NCBI RefSeq assembly: GCF_030028105.1 | Contig: NC_092384.1 | Location: forward strand, 12,736,316-12,800,315 | Source of the DNA: Mobula birostris | Taxonomy: Eukaryota | Direction: 5' to 3' | DNA: 64,000 nucleotides | Part shown: positions 37,970-48,764 of the stretch, in pieces | Layout: every line of letters starts with the position of its first letter | Position numbering within the stretch: the first letter of the stretch is position 1 | Notes under the pieces: generated by a model | What the model was told of the DNA's origin: nothing | Databases searched by the model: none | What the model saw: only the letters and a program-made list of their open reading frames with translations | Made by a program: the position numbers and the translations under genes

Positions 37970-38650
37970 CAAGTACATAAGGTGCGGTACAGGACAGACC
38001 ATTCAGCACACAATGGCTGCGCGATAATGATGCTAACCTAACCAATTCCCGCAAGTGCAAATGTTCACATTTCCTATCCATTTATGTTTCGTAATGTAAA
38101 CATTGTCATATTATCTGTTTCTAATACCTCGCTATGGAAGCAAGTTCTAGCCACCAACAAGTATTTAAAGCACCTCTTAATCCAAATGTCTTTTATAAAT
38201 CTCTGTCACATTAAATGAGTGCCTTTTAGTACTTAATGTATCCATACAGGGGAATTGTAATCAATCAAACTTACCAATAACTCGCATTATTGTATATACT
38301 TCTATTAGGTTCATACTCAACCTCCGAAGTTCCAGAGAAAACAAGTAAATTATGTCCAATTTCTCCTTTTAATTGGTATTCTCTGATCCAGGCAGCACCT
38401 GGCGAAACTTTTCTGCACCCTCATCAAAGCCATCACATTCTTCACGTAATGGAGCAACCGCAACTGCACATAATAAGCTAAAAGTTGTGTTACATTTTGC
38501 ACTGCTGCGACATGACCTGCCAACTTCTATATTCAATGCTATGACCAATGCAGACAAAATGTATTGCACCTTCTTAACCACACGATTCATTCATGTTGGC
38601 ACTTCTAGGAAGCTCTGAACTTGCACCCAACATGGTCTGTGTAGCAGAAA
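37970..38650 (-). mobile_element. Highly degenerate CR1 3' end
   Basis: Resembles the reverse complement of the CR1 RT C-terminus and 3'UTR. Confidence 0.55.
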
Positions 38651-38957
38651 AAAAATGCTCAGAATCATGCCACTTAGGAGCTTAGGAGGATGGTGGCGCC
38701 TAATGCGACTGCTTGTATCCTCGGAAACAACATTATTTCTATCTTTGATATCTTTTTTCCCCTTCAATTTTCCTTTGAAGACCCTGACCTGGAGTTACGC
38801 GCTGACTTCGGTTCTTTGCGGAAATGGGACCCGCTCTCAGGGCCTCACTACCGGCTGCATTTTGAGATGCTAAAGATGCGGCCTGGAAAACTAAGCAACA
38901 CACATAAAAGTTGCTGGTGAACGCAGCAGGCTAGGCAGCATCTCTAGAAAGAGGTAC

Positions 38958-38993
38958 AGTCGACGTTTCTGGCCGAGACCCTTTGTCAGGACT
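38958..38993 (-). ncRNA. Degenerate minimal hammerhead motif (core G8->A)
   Basis: Reverse complement agtc-CTGACAA-agggtctcggcca-GAAA-CGTC-gact. Confidence 0.45.
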
Positions 38994-41446
38994 AACTGAA
39001 AGAAGAGCTAGTAAGAGATTTGAACGAGGGAGGGGGAGGGCGAGATCGGAAATGATAGGAGAAGACAGGAGGGGGAGGGATGGAGCCAAGAGCTGGACAG
39101 TTGATTGGCGAAAAGGATATGAGAGGATCATGGGACAGGAGGCCTAGGGAGAAAGAAAAGTGGGGGCGGGGGGAAGCCCAGAGGATGGGCAAGGGGTCTA
39201 GTGAGAGGGAGAGTGGGAGAAAAAGGAGAGAGAGAAAAAGAATTTGTGTATATAAATTAATAAATAACTAACGGATGGGGTACGAGGGGGAGGTGGGGCA
39301 TTGATAGAAGTTTGAGAAGTCAATGTTCATGCCATCAGGTTGGAACCTACCCAGACGGAATATAAAGTGTTGTTCCTCCAACCTGAGTGTGGCTTCATCT
39401 TGACAATAGAGGAGGCCGTGGATAGGCATATCAGAATGGAAATGGGACGTGGAATTAAAATGTGTGGCCACTGGGAGATCCTGCTTTCTCTGGCGGACAG
39501 AGCGTATGTGTTCAGCGAAACGATCTCCCAGTCTGCGTCGGGTCTCGCCAATATATAGAAGGCCGCATCACGAGCACCGGACGCAGTATATCACCCCAGC
39601 CGACTCACAGGTGAAGTGCTGCCCCACCTGCAAGGACTGTCTGGGGCCCTGAATGGTAGTGAGGGAGGAAGTGTAAGGGCATGTGTAGCACTTGTTCCGC
39701 TTACAAGGATAAGTGCCAGGAGGGAGATCGGTGGGGAGGGATGGGGGACGAATGGACAAGGGAGTCGCTTAGGGAGCAATCCCTGCGGAAAGCAGAGAGA
39801 TGGGGGAGGGAAAGATGTGCTTAGTGGTGGGATCCCGTTGGAGGTGGCAGAAGTTACGGAGAATTATATGTTGGATCCGGAGGCTGGTGAGGTGGTAGGT
39901 GAAGACAAGGGGACCCTATTTCTAGTGGGTGGCGGATGTGCGTGAAATGGGCGAGATGCGTTTGAGAGCAAAGTTGATGGTGGAGGAAGGGAATCCCCTT
40001 TCTTTAAAAAAGGAAGACAACTCCTTCGTCCTGGAATGAAAAGCCTCATCCTGAGAGCGGATGCGGCAGAGAAGGAGGAATTGCGAGAAGGGGATGGCAA
40101 TTTTGCAAGAAAAAGCGTGAGAAGAGGAATAGTCCAGATAGCCATGAGAGTCAGTAGCTTATAGCAGACATCGGTATATAAGCTGTCTCCAGAGAAAAAG
40201 ACAGAAAGATCTAGAAAGGGGAGGAAGGTGTCGGAAATGGACCAGGTAAACTTGAGGGCAGGGTGAAAGTTGGAGGCAAAGTTAATGAAGTCAACAAGCT
40301 CAGCATGTGTGCAGGAAGCAGTGCCAATTCAGTCATCGATGTAGTGAAGGAAAAGAGGGGGACAGATACCAGAATAGGCTTGGAACATAGATTGTTCCAC
40401 AAGCCAACCAAAAGGCAGGCATAGCTGGGACCCATACGGGTGCCCACGGCTACACCCTTAGTTTGGTGGAAGTGGGAGGAGCCAAAGGAGAAATTATTAA
40501 GAGTAAGGACTAATTCCACTAGACGGAGCAGAAGGGTGGTAGAGGGGAACTGGTTAGGTCTGGAATCCAAACAGAAGCAGAGAGCTTTGAGACCTTCCTG
40601 ATGGGGGATGGAAGGATATAGGGACTGGACATCTATGGTGAAAATAAAGCAGCCATTGTCTCCCACAGAATCACCGACTTTATCCGCTCAGGGGATCTCC
40701 CATCCACTGCTACCAACCTTATAGTTCCCACACCCCGCACTGCTTGTTTCTACTTCCTACCTAAGATCCACAAACCTGCCTGTCCAGGTAGTCCAATTGT
40801 CTCAGCTTGCTCCTGCCCCACTGAACTCATTTCTGCATACATCGACGCTGTTTTGTCCCCCTTTGTTCAATCCCTTCCTACCTATGTTCGTGACACTTCT
40901 CACGCTCTGAAACTTTTCAATGATTTTAGGTTCCCTGGCCCCCACCGCTTTATTTTCACCATGGTTGTCCAGTCCCTATATACTTCGGCTTTGACATATT
41001 CTGATATGTCTATCCACGGCCTCCTCTACAGTAAAGATGAAGCCACACTCAGGTTGGAGGAACAACACCTTATATTCCGTCTGGGTAGCCTCCAAACTGA
41101 TGGCATGAACATTGACTTCTCAAACTTCCGCTAATGCCCCACCTCCCCCTCGTACCCCATCCGTTATTTATTTATTTATTTATTTACTTACACAAATTCC
41201 TTTTCTCTCTCTCTCCCTTTTCTCCTCCTGTCCCTCTCACTAGACCCCTTGCCCATCCTCTGGGTTTCCCCCCCTCCCCCTTTTCTTTCTCCCTAGGCCT
41301 CCTGTCCCATGATCCTCTCATATCCCTTTTGCCAATCAGCTGTCCAGCTCTTGGCTCCATCCCTCCCGCTACTGTCTTCTCCTATCATTTCGGATCTTCC
41401 GTTCTCCTTCCCACTTTCAAATCTGTTACTAGCTCTTCTTTCAGTT

Positions 41447-41482
41447 AGTCCTGACGAAGGGTCTCGGCCCGAAATGTCGACT
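41447..41482 (+). ncRNA. Minimal hammerhead motif, one stem-III change
   Basis: agtc-CTGACGA-agggtctcggccc-GAAA-tGTC-gact. Confidence 0.55.
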
Positions 41483-42879
41483 GTACCTCTTCCTAGAGAT
41501 GCTGCCTGGCCTGCTGCGTTCACCAGCAACTTTAATGTGTGTTGCTTGAAATTCAAGCATCTGCAGATTTCCTAGTGCCTGGAAGACTAATGCGCCTTCA
41601 GGGTGCCGGAATTACGTGGCTCTGGAGAAGAACTGATTAGAAGCCGATATTGCGGCCTGATGTGTCGTGGGGGTACGCGGAAGATCGAAAGCAGCGAACT
41701 GGTTGCTATCTGTGTGCCCAGAGACCAGAGTTCTTTGGCTATAGAGCTTGGAAAAAGCCACGCAACTGACTTTTAATACCATAAATCTGCGAGTTGTTTT
41801 GTTATATCTCTCCTCTCGCTGTGAAACGGGGATACCTCTTTTTCCCTTATTAGGAAGAGAGAGAGCCTGCGGTATATCGAATTATGGGTGAGCAAGTAGA
41901 CTTTTGACTTCTGCAAGTTTCTGTCTTTATTGTTGCTTTGCAGTACACTTGAGTGTTCGGTGGGGGGAGGGGTTGTTACTTTGCTGCTGCTTATGCGTGG
42001 GAGGGGGGAGGGCCCTGACGTCTTATATACTTCAATACTTTTCTCCTCTCCTTCTACTCAAATCAACATAACCTAGAATAACCTAGAATATGAACATTCC
42101 CATCCCTGAAGTTAAACTTAGCCATGTCGATCTCGTTGAACACTCAGTAAGTCAGATCTATGCAACTTAGGTAACACATGGTCAAGATTTCAACGGCTGT
42201 GTCATCTCTTGTGACTATAATTTAAGCGTTCTGAGGAACAGCAGGCTTCAAATTATGATGCAGAAATTTTAGGTTTTCTGAAGGCCAGTTTCTTCAGTAT
42301 GGCCAATTACCTATAAACTGACATTTCTATTCATGCGACATTGGACATAGGATGATGTGACAATTTTGCATGCAGCCCAGTATCATGCCAGCTTTAGTAA
42401 TCAATTATACTTTCGTGTAAATAAACACTTTCCTTCTCTGTTCTTGGGATAAAGACAACATCTTTCTTGTTACATCAATTGTCCCTTCCCAACTGCCCTA
42501 TTCAAATTAGCAGGTGTAACTTCGTGAACTGATTTGATATGAATTTGAAAACATCTTAGAGAACCATAAGACATCGTGCCGATAATGGAGATGCATGAAA
42601 TTTCAGGATATTGTGTGACTTGGAGCAGGAAGTAGGGGCTATTGGATTTCTACTCCAGAGCAGTACATCACTTTCTGAATTCTGGCCTTTAAAACCTCCT
42701 GTAACAACTCGATCCATATACCAAACACCCTCTGCATGGAAAGACTTGTCCCTCAGAATGACCTAAAATCTTACCTCTCTCACTGTAAAATTGTGCCCTC
42801 CTCTTTTAGGCTCGCTTGCTGTGGATGAAAAACACTTTGTCTATCTACTCTATCTACGTTTCTCATAATTCTTTTATGA

Positions 42880-43400
42880 TTATGAGGACACGTAGTCCCC
42901 TTTTATTGTCATTTAGTAATGCATGTATTAAGAAATGATACAATGTTTTTCCAGAATGATATCATGGAAAACACATGACAAACCGACTTAAAAACTAACA
43001 AAAACCATATAATTATAACATATAGTTACAACGGTGCAAAGCAATACCGTAATTTGATAAGAACAGACCATGGCACAGTAAAAGTCTCAAAGTCTCTCGA
43101 AAATCCCATCATCTCATGCAGACGGTAACCTCCAGTGCCGCCAACTTGCCGATGTAGCATCCTGGAAGCATCTGACCACAGTCCAACTCCGAGTCCGTCC
43201 GAAAACACAGAGCCTCCGACCACCTCTTCGACACCGAGCACCGAGCACCGAGCACCATCTCTGCCGAGCACTTCGTCCCCGGCCCCAGCAGCAGGCGATA
43301 CGCAAATTCGAGGATTTAGGGACTTCGTCTCTGGAGATTCTCGACCGCACAGTAGCAGCTGCAGCGAAGCAGGCATTTCAGAAGCTACTCCAGATGTTCC
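42880..43400 (-). mobile_element. LINE/SINE 3' region with (ccgagca)n short repeat
   Basis: Tail-like tttattgtcattt start; ccgagca x3-4 at ~43233-43270. Confidence 0.4.
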
Positions 43401-43699
43401 TTTGTCTCCATCAAATCTGAATTTTTCATCCTTATCATGCTTATACTTTTTGCCCTATCCAGATTGAACGCAACAAGCCTGATTAATTTGTTTATCCAGT
43501 TGATAAAGGTACAATTAACAAGAAAAGTTGACTGTATGTCCATATGTCAGTATGTCCGTACATAGATGCCATTTTACCTGCTAAGCGTTTAAATAATTTT
43601 CTGCTTTAATTTATACAGATTGGCTTTATTTGAAACACACACATATATATATAAACATATAGAGAAATGTATAAACATATAGAAGACCGCAAGTATTGT

Positions 43700-43865
43700 C
43701 CCACCCCCGGCGCCAACACAGCATACTCACAATTTCCTAATCCTATCTGGAAGTAGGAGGAAACCAGAGCACCATTAGCACACGGTTACAGGGAGAACAT
43801 AAAAATTCCTGATAAACAGCGACTGGAATTCAACCCCGATTCTAGAGTTGACGTTGTAAAGCTGT
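43700..43865 (-). mobile_element. tRNA-derived SINE fragment (HE1/V-SINE-like)
   Basis: ggaggaaaccagagcacc..cagggagaacataaaa..ggaattcaacccc resembles the reverse complement of the V-SINE core and B-box. Confidence 0.55.
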
Positions 43866-44714
43866 GAAATCATATCAAACATCTAAAGAACTCACAGATG
43901 GAGGCCAAAAATCAAAGTTTTTCCATAATCTACAATTATGTATCTATTTGTGCTCAGGTTTGGTCGGGAGTGGGGCGGGTGCTGACAGGATGTTGCAGAT
44001 GCTAGTGCAGTTTCTAGTTTTCGGTGCCATGCACTACGGATTCATCTCAAGTGTAGGATGTCAGACTGCTCCAGTGGTGGACTATTGCAGTTTGGGCAGG
44101 TGACTCAAAGACCATTGAACAATCTATGAGTCCTGCCTTGCACACGTCCTTAGAGTGAAAGAATTTCTAGAAAAATTCCAAATGTTATTAACAATCTGAA
44201 GACTGGATTGTGACTTTGGGACTGGTGTAGATAGTTTGCAATCTAACTTACAGAAACCTAGCTAACCCTGAGTTTCATTACCATTCTGTATATTGCTGAA
44301 TATTAATTATTATTCAGGAGGGCAGCAATAGATCAGAATCAGGTCTATTATTTCTGTGTCGTGAAATCTCTTAACTTAGCAGCAGCAGTTCAATGAAATA
44401 GTTGATAAAAAAAGAAAGAAAGAATGAATGAATAAACAAATAAATAAATAAACAAACAAACAGATAATTCGATTGCAGCAATATATATCGAATAGATTAA
44501 AAATGGTGCAAAGACAGAAATAATATATATTAAAAGATTATAGAGCCCGGACCAAGAGTCTGGTGCGGTTGATCTCCACTACAGGTTATGTCATTTAACC
44601 TGGGCCCTGTGACTGTAGTAGGCAGAAAAAAAACTACCTGAGAGTGTGGGATATCTTGTCTCTGGGGAGGAGACTTTCTACTTCCCATCACACAGCAATT
44701 GCTACCTTGATTAC

Positions 44715-44932
44715 CTGTAAAAGACTGGTGCCGGTAGTATTGCTACTGTGGGATAGACAGAGGAGGTGAGGGAACTTAGAATGCCAAGGTACACAACTGA
44801 CATTAACTGCCAACAGCTTGCCCTCCTCCTCATTGCCTTCCTCGTACAATTGTTGAATGCGAGCTTTGTTTTTCTGTGGCTGGGAGTTTCCATTCGGTTC
44901 TTGCCGTGCCAGTGGCAATCAGGAGTAATTCG
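44715..44932 (-). other. Candidate exon of an unrecognised minus-strand transcript
   Basis: Acceptor attttctttctactccag|, donor CAG|gtaatc; one frame open throughout (..MRRRASCWQLMSVVYLGILSSLTSSVYPTVAILPAPVFY). Confidence 0.4.
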
Positions 44933-45270
44933 CTGGAGTAGAAAGAAAATAATTAATCACGACAGAAGCGGATACTTATAAGCAAGCTTTTGAACCCAAC
45001 ATTTTTTTGTGCACATAGACATCTTAACGTGGTCAGTAGATGGATCAGTAAACAAATCTCCTTTTCACTGCGCTTTGGCAGTAGTGCAGGAGAACTTAGC
45101 CTGTAGCTCCCCCTACAGAGCAGCACTGTTTAATCCTATTAGTGAGCCTTGCAATGGACAATCTAGCCAGAACGAAAGCGTGTAAGGCTCCTTGCTTGGT
45201 GTCACGCCTAGATTAATAATGTTGGCTTTCGTGAAGTAGGAGTGACCACGTTTCAGCATTTACCTTTCAG

Positions 45271-45683
45271 GAAGTTTCTAACTTCCGCTAATGCCCCACC
45301 ACCCCTCGTACCCCATCTGTTACTTATTTATATACACACATTCTTTCTCTCTCTCTCTCCTTTTTCTCCCTCTGTGCCCCTATACCCCTTGTCCATCCTC
45401 TGGGTTCCCCCCTCCCCTTTTCCTTCTCCCTGGGCCTCCTGTCCCATGATCTTTTCATATCCCTTTTGTCAAACTCCTGCCCAGCTCTTGGCTCCATCCC
45501 TCCCCCTCCTGTCTTCTCCTACCATTTTGGATCTCCCTTCCCCCTCCCACTTTCAAATCTCTTACTAGCTCTTCCTACAGTTAGTCCTGACGAAGGGGCT
45601 CGGCCCGAAACGTCGACTGCACCTCTTCCTAGAAATGCTGCCTGGCCTGCTGCGTTCACCAGCAACTTTGATGTGTGTTGCTT
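45271..45683 (+). mobile_element. Penelope-derived short element (terminal repeat only)
   Basis: Homologous to 41120-41545; perfect 15-bp TSD gcatttacctttcag at 45256-45270 / 45684-45698. Confidence 0.88.
45583..45618 (+). ncRNA. Minimal type-I hammerhead ribozyme motif, intact core
   Basis: agtc-CTGACGA-a-ggggctcggccc-GAAA-CGTC-gact: stem I agtc/gact, stem II ggg/ccc, palindromic ACGT stem III, GTC cleavage triplet at 45612-45614. Confidence 0.65.
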
Positions 45684-46430
45684 GCATTTACCTTTCAGCC
45701 TCATTTTCCAGAGAAAAGCATAAAGGTCTTTTAAAGGTCGAATTTAAACCAGCCATGGGATTGTTCTATGAGGGAGAAAGTGAGGGACTGACTATGTATC
45801 AGGATGTTAATACAAATGACGCATTTTGCTGCATGCTTCGATATATAAATGATAAATAAATTTGAATCATGAATCAGAATCAAGTTTATTATCATTGACG
45901 CATTTTGTGAAGGTTGTTGTCAACAGTGCAGATACTAACATTTACTATAAGTAACATAAGAATCTGACAGATGTTCAAAATCCATAGTAACACATACAAA
46001 TTGTGCAGGAACTCAATATGTCAGGTACGGGAAAAAGAGCTGACATTTTGGACCGAGGCCCTTCAGCAGGGAATGCTTAAAATATTAACGTGTACAAAAT
46101 ATGACATTTTGTTGAGGGGTATGAGATGACACATATTTGTGTGATACTGGGATCCTTTGTGAATGAATATTGTCCACTTGTTCCCTGTTCCTGATTCTGA
46201 AACAGCTACAAGGCAGAAAATTGCACAAGTGGTTTGTACTGACCCAGTGAATCTGTGGACCAATTTCTTCCCCTCACAGATATCAGGTATCAGAACACTT
46301 CCATCAAAATATAGACATCACCACAAAATCCTGTGCAAAAACCCTTATTAGTATAGCAGACAGGTTTACATATATATACTGCAGAGAAGGTTGCCACGTT
46401 TTTATGAAAACTATTTGTTTTTGTGTGTAC

Positions 46431-47556
46431 TGTCATGAGGGGGGCGTTGGAGGCAGACCCAAATGCAAGACACAGACACTGAAGTACTAGGAACAGGATT
46501 AGTTGTGTCAAGCAAGCAAGGGAAGTGAGGAAGAAACAACGCTGGACAAGACACAGGCCCTGGACGAGGCTAAGATACAGGGTCTGGGCTAGGACTAGAC
46601 TAGGAAAACGGGATGTGGACGAGGAACTAGGAAATTGGAACCTGGACAAGGACTCCAAGCCAGAGACTGGACAGGGACCCGGAAGCTAGCTCTTGACTCG
46701 GGCTCGGACCCCATATCTAGGTTAGGACAAGACGTGGCTACAGGACGAGGAGTGGCAACAGGACTGGACTTGAGACTCCTGGACAGGACAAGGGAACCCC
46801 AGCACAGGATGAGGGAACCCCAACACCGGGCTGGGCGAGGCAGATGGACAGGACGAGAACACGAAGTCTTGACCTGGTTGAGGGAGACACGATTTCAGAG
46901 CCTTGGTCGAGGGATACAAAATGCAGAGCCTTGGTTTAGGGACACAGGAACGCAGACCCTTGGTTGTGAGAGAACAGGAACATGGAACACAGAGCCAGGA
47001 TCCCTCCTTGGGATCAGAACTTGTGGCCGGGACTCTAGACAGAGTCAGGTCTCCTCCTAGCGAGCAGGACGTAAGGCTGGAATTCATACACAGAACACTG
47101 AGAGACAGATCTCCACTCAAGGTAGCGGTAAACGGCCAGACCTACCCAACAGAGGCGTGGACACAGAGACGGTTCTCAACTCAAGGTAGCAGCAAACGGC
47201 CGGACCTACCTAGCGAAGGTGAGGACACAAAGAGATAGTTCCAAACAACAAAAGACAGTTCCTTATCGAGACATAGCAAGGCTCTGATCTTTCCCTGGCG
47301 GTTAAACCTGACAGCGCTACAGGCGAAGACATAGGCGAAGGTAGCAGGCGAGGCTTCAGAAGGAAGGGGAAGGGGAGGGAACAGTCCAGCAACTGAAGCT
47401 GAACCCAGGAGCTGTTTATGTAGCCAGCCCAAAATGAGAATTATGTGCCTCAATTAAGGCACTCAACAGGACAAGGGAGAAACGGAAAACATGGAATACA
47501 GATCGATGGACCGAACCGTGAACCGGAATGTGGACTTCATGGACCAGACCATGGCA
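46431..47556. mobile_element. Solo LTR (same family as 15154-16325, opposite orientation), 1126 bp
   Basis: tgtcatg...accatggca; perfect 5-bp TSD tgtac (46426-46430 / 47557-47561). Confidence 0.85.
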
Positions 47557-47561
47557 TGTAC

Positions 47562-48170
47562 CATACATGTCAAAAAGTCCAAAGGAATGTATTCCATGAT
47601 TAATTTACGCCAACCAAAAAGTCCAGGAGCTTTAGCGGTTATCCAACAAAGTAAAATGCTCTTCCTCGCACAAAAAGTCAGGACATTAAAAAGTTTTTTT
47701 CTGATGTGCATTAATAATACGACTGCTGGGTAAAGCCTAAGAGATAAGACACTGGATCCAGTTCAAGCTGCATCTTCAGAATCTTTTCCGTTTCACCTAA
47801 AATATCACTCCAGTATGCCTGAAGTTTGGGACAAGTTCAAAAACAGTGGGTGAAAGTTCCAGTATTTACTGTGCTTTTAACACATTGTAGAAACCCCTGT
47901 CTTATATTTCGAGAGACGATCTGGAGTCAGATTTTTGAGTTGCAATGCTTTCATACTAGTACAAACTGAAATCTTCCTTGCATTATCACAGATGGCTTCC
48001 CATGTTTCAGCCGTAATTTCTACTCCCAGCTCTTCCTCCCAGACCCTTCCCAGCTGCTCTGACTCTCCACAAGAACATTCCCTCAGGATGCTGTAAAAGG
48101 TACTCATAGAGACTTCAACCTTATTGCTTATTGATATTGCTTCTAAGTCAGACATGCGCATGTTCACGTA
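47562..48170 (-). mobile_element. L1-clade LINE ORF2 C-terminal fragment
   Basis: VWEEELGVEITAETWEAIC; CPKLQAYWSDI; LNVLTFCARKSILLCWI. Confidence 0.65.
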
Positions 48171-48764
48171 CCATTCACGTAGTTTTTACATATAACCCGC
48201 AATGCATTGTGTGAACAACAAAGAATGCTTAATGAAAGAATATATTTACAATATGACTTCAATAATACTGAGATATTAAATACACAAAAATTTCTTCAAA
48301 GAAGACCTGCAAATCTGTCAGGAAAGATTTCTTCTTAAGGAAACCATGCAGACGGGTCTCCAAGTACCCCATGTTCCTCTGAATAACCCAAAACCTCATG
48401 GATTACGGAAGGCTGTGTTTTCTCAGAAATACACAGCCTCGGCATCTATGGAATATGTCGACACTTCCCACTGCCTCAGAAAAGAAGCCAATGTAATTGA
48501 CTAACCCACACATCCCGGAAATTATCTGTTTTTTCTTCACTTCCATCGGGCAGAAGATAGAAACACTTGAAAACAAACACCACCAGGCTCAAGGGCAGCT
48601 TCAATTCTGCTGCTATAGGAGTTACGAACTGCTTTTTTATGTGTTAAAGATGAACACTTCATCTGTCAGTATCCCTCTTCATGGCCCAAGCACATGATTT
48701 TGTCTACCTGCACTGCACTCACTTCCATTCAACTGTAACATTATCCTTTGCATTCCCTTAACAG

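Larger units (their letters stand above)
38895..41576. mobile_element. Penelope-like element as an inverted composite (minus arm ~38895-40652, plus arm ~40653-41576)
   Basis: Minus arm: RT FIFTIDVQSLY..QTKGVAVGTRMGPSYA and GIY-YIG GVIYCVRCS. Plus arm: TYVRDTSHAL..FIFTMVVQSLY, then terminal repeat. TSD gcctggaa(a/g)actaa at 38881-38894 / 41577-41590. Confidence 0.9.
38690..42010 (+). mobile_element. Non-coding interspersed repeat (SINE or LINE 3'UTR-like) interrupted by the Penelope composite
   Basis: Sequence resumes after the 14-bp TSD at 41577-41590; family not identified. Confidence 0.4.

Noticed and set aside
44590-44612. Faint resemblance of the candidate minus-strand transcript to PTH/secretin-family prepro-hormones (phase-2 leader exon, ~100-nt intron, HNL)
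   Set aside because: In-frame stops, no dibasic site and wrong spacing; treated as coincidence
46040-46072. Further hammerhead-like remnants (46040-46072 and ~54440-54480, minus strand)
   Set aside because: The CUGANGA/GAAA cores are too mutated to call
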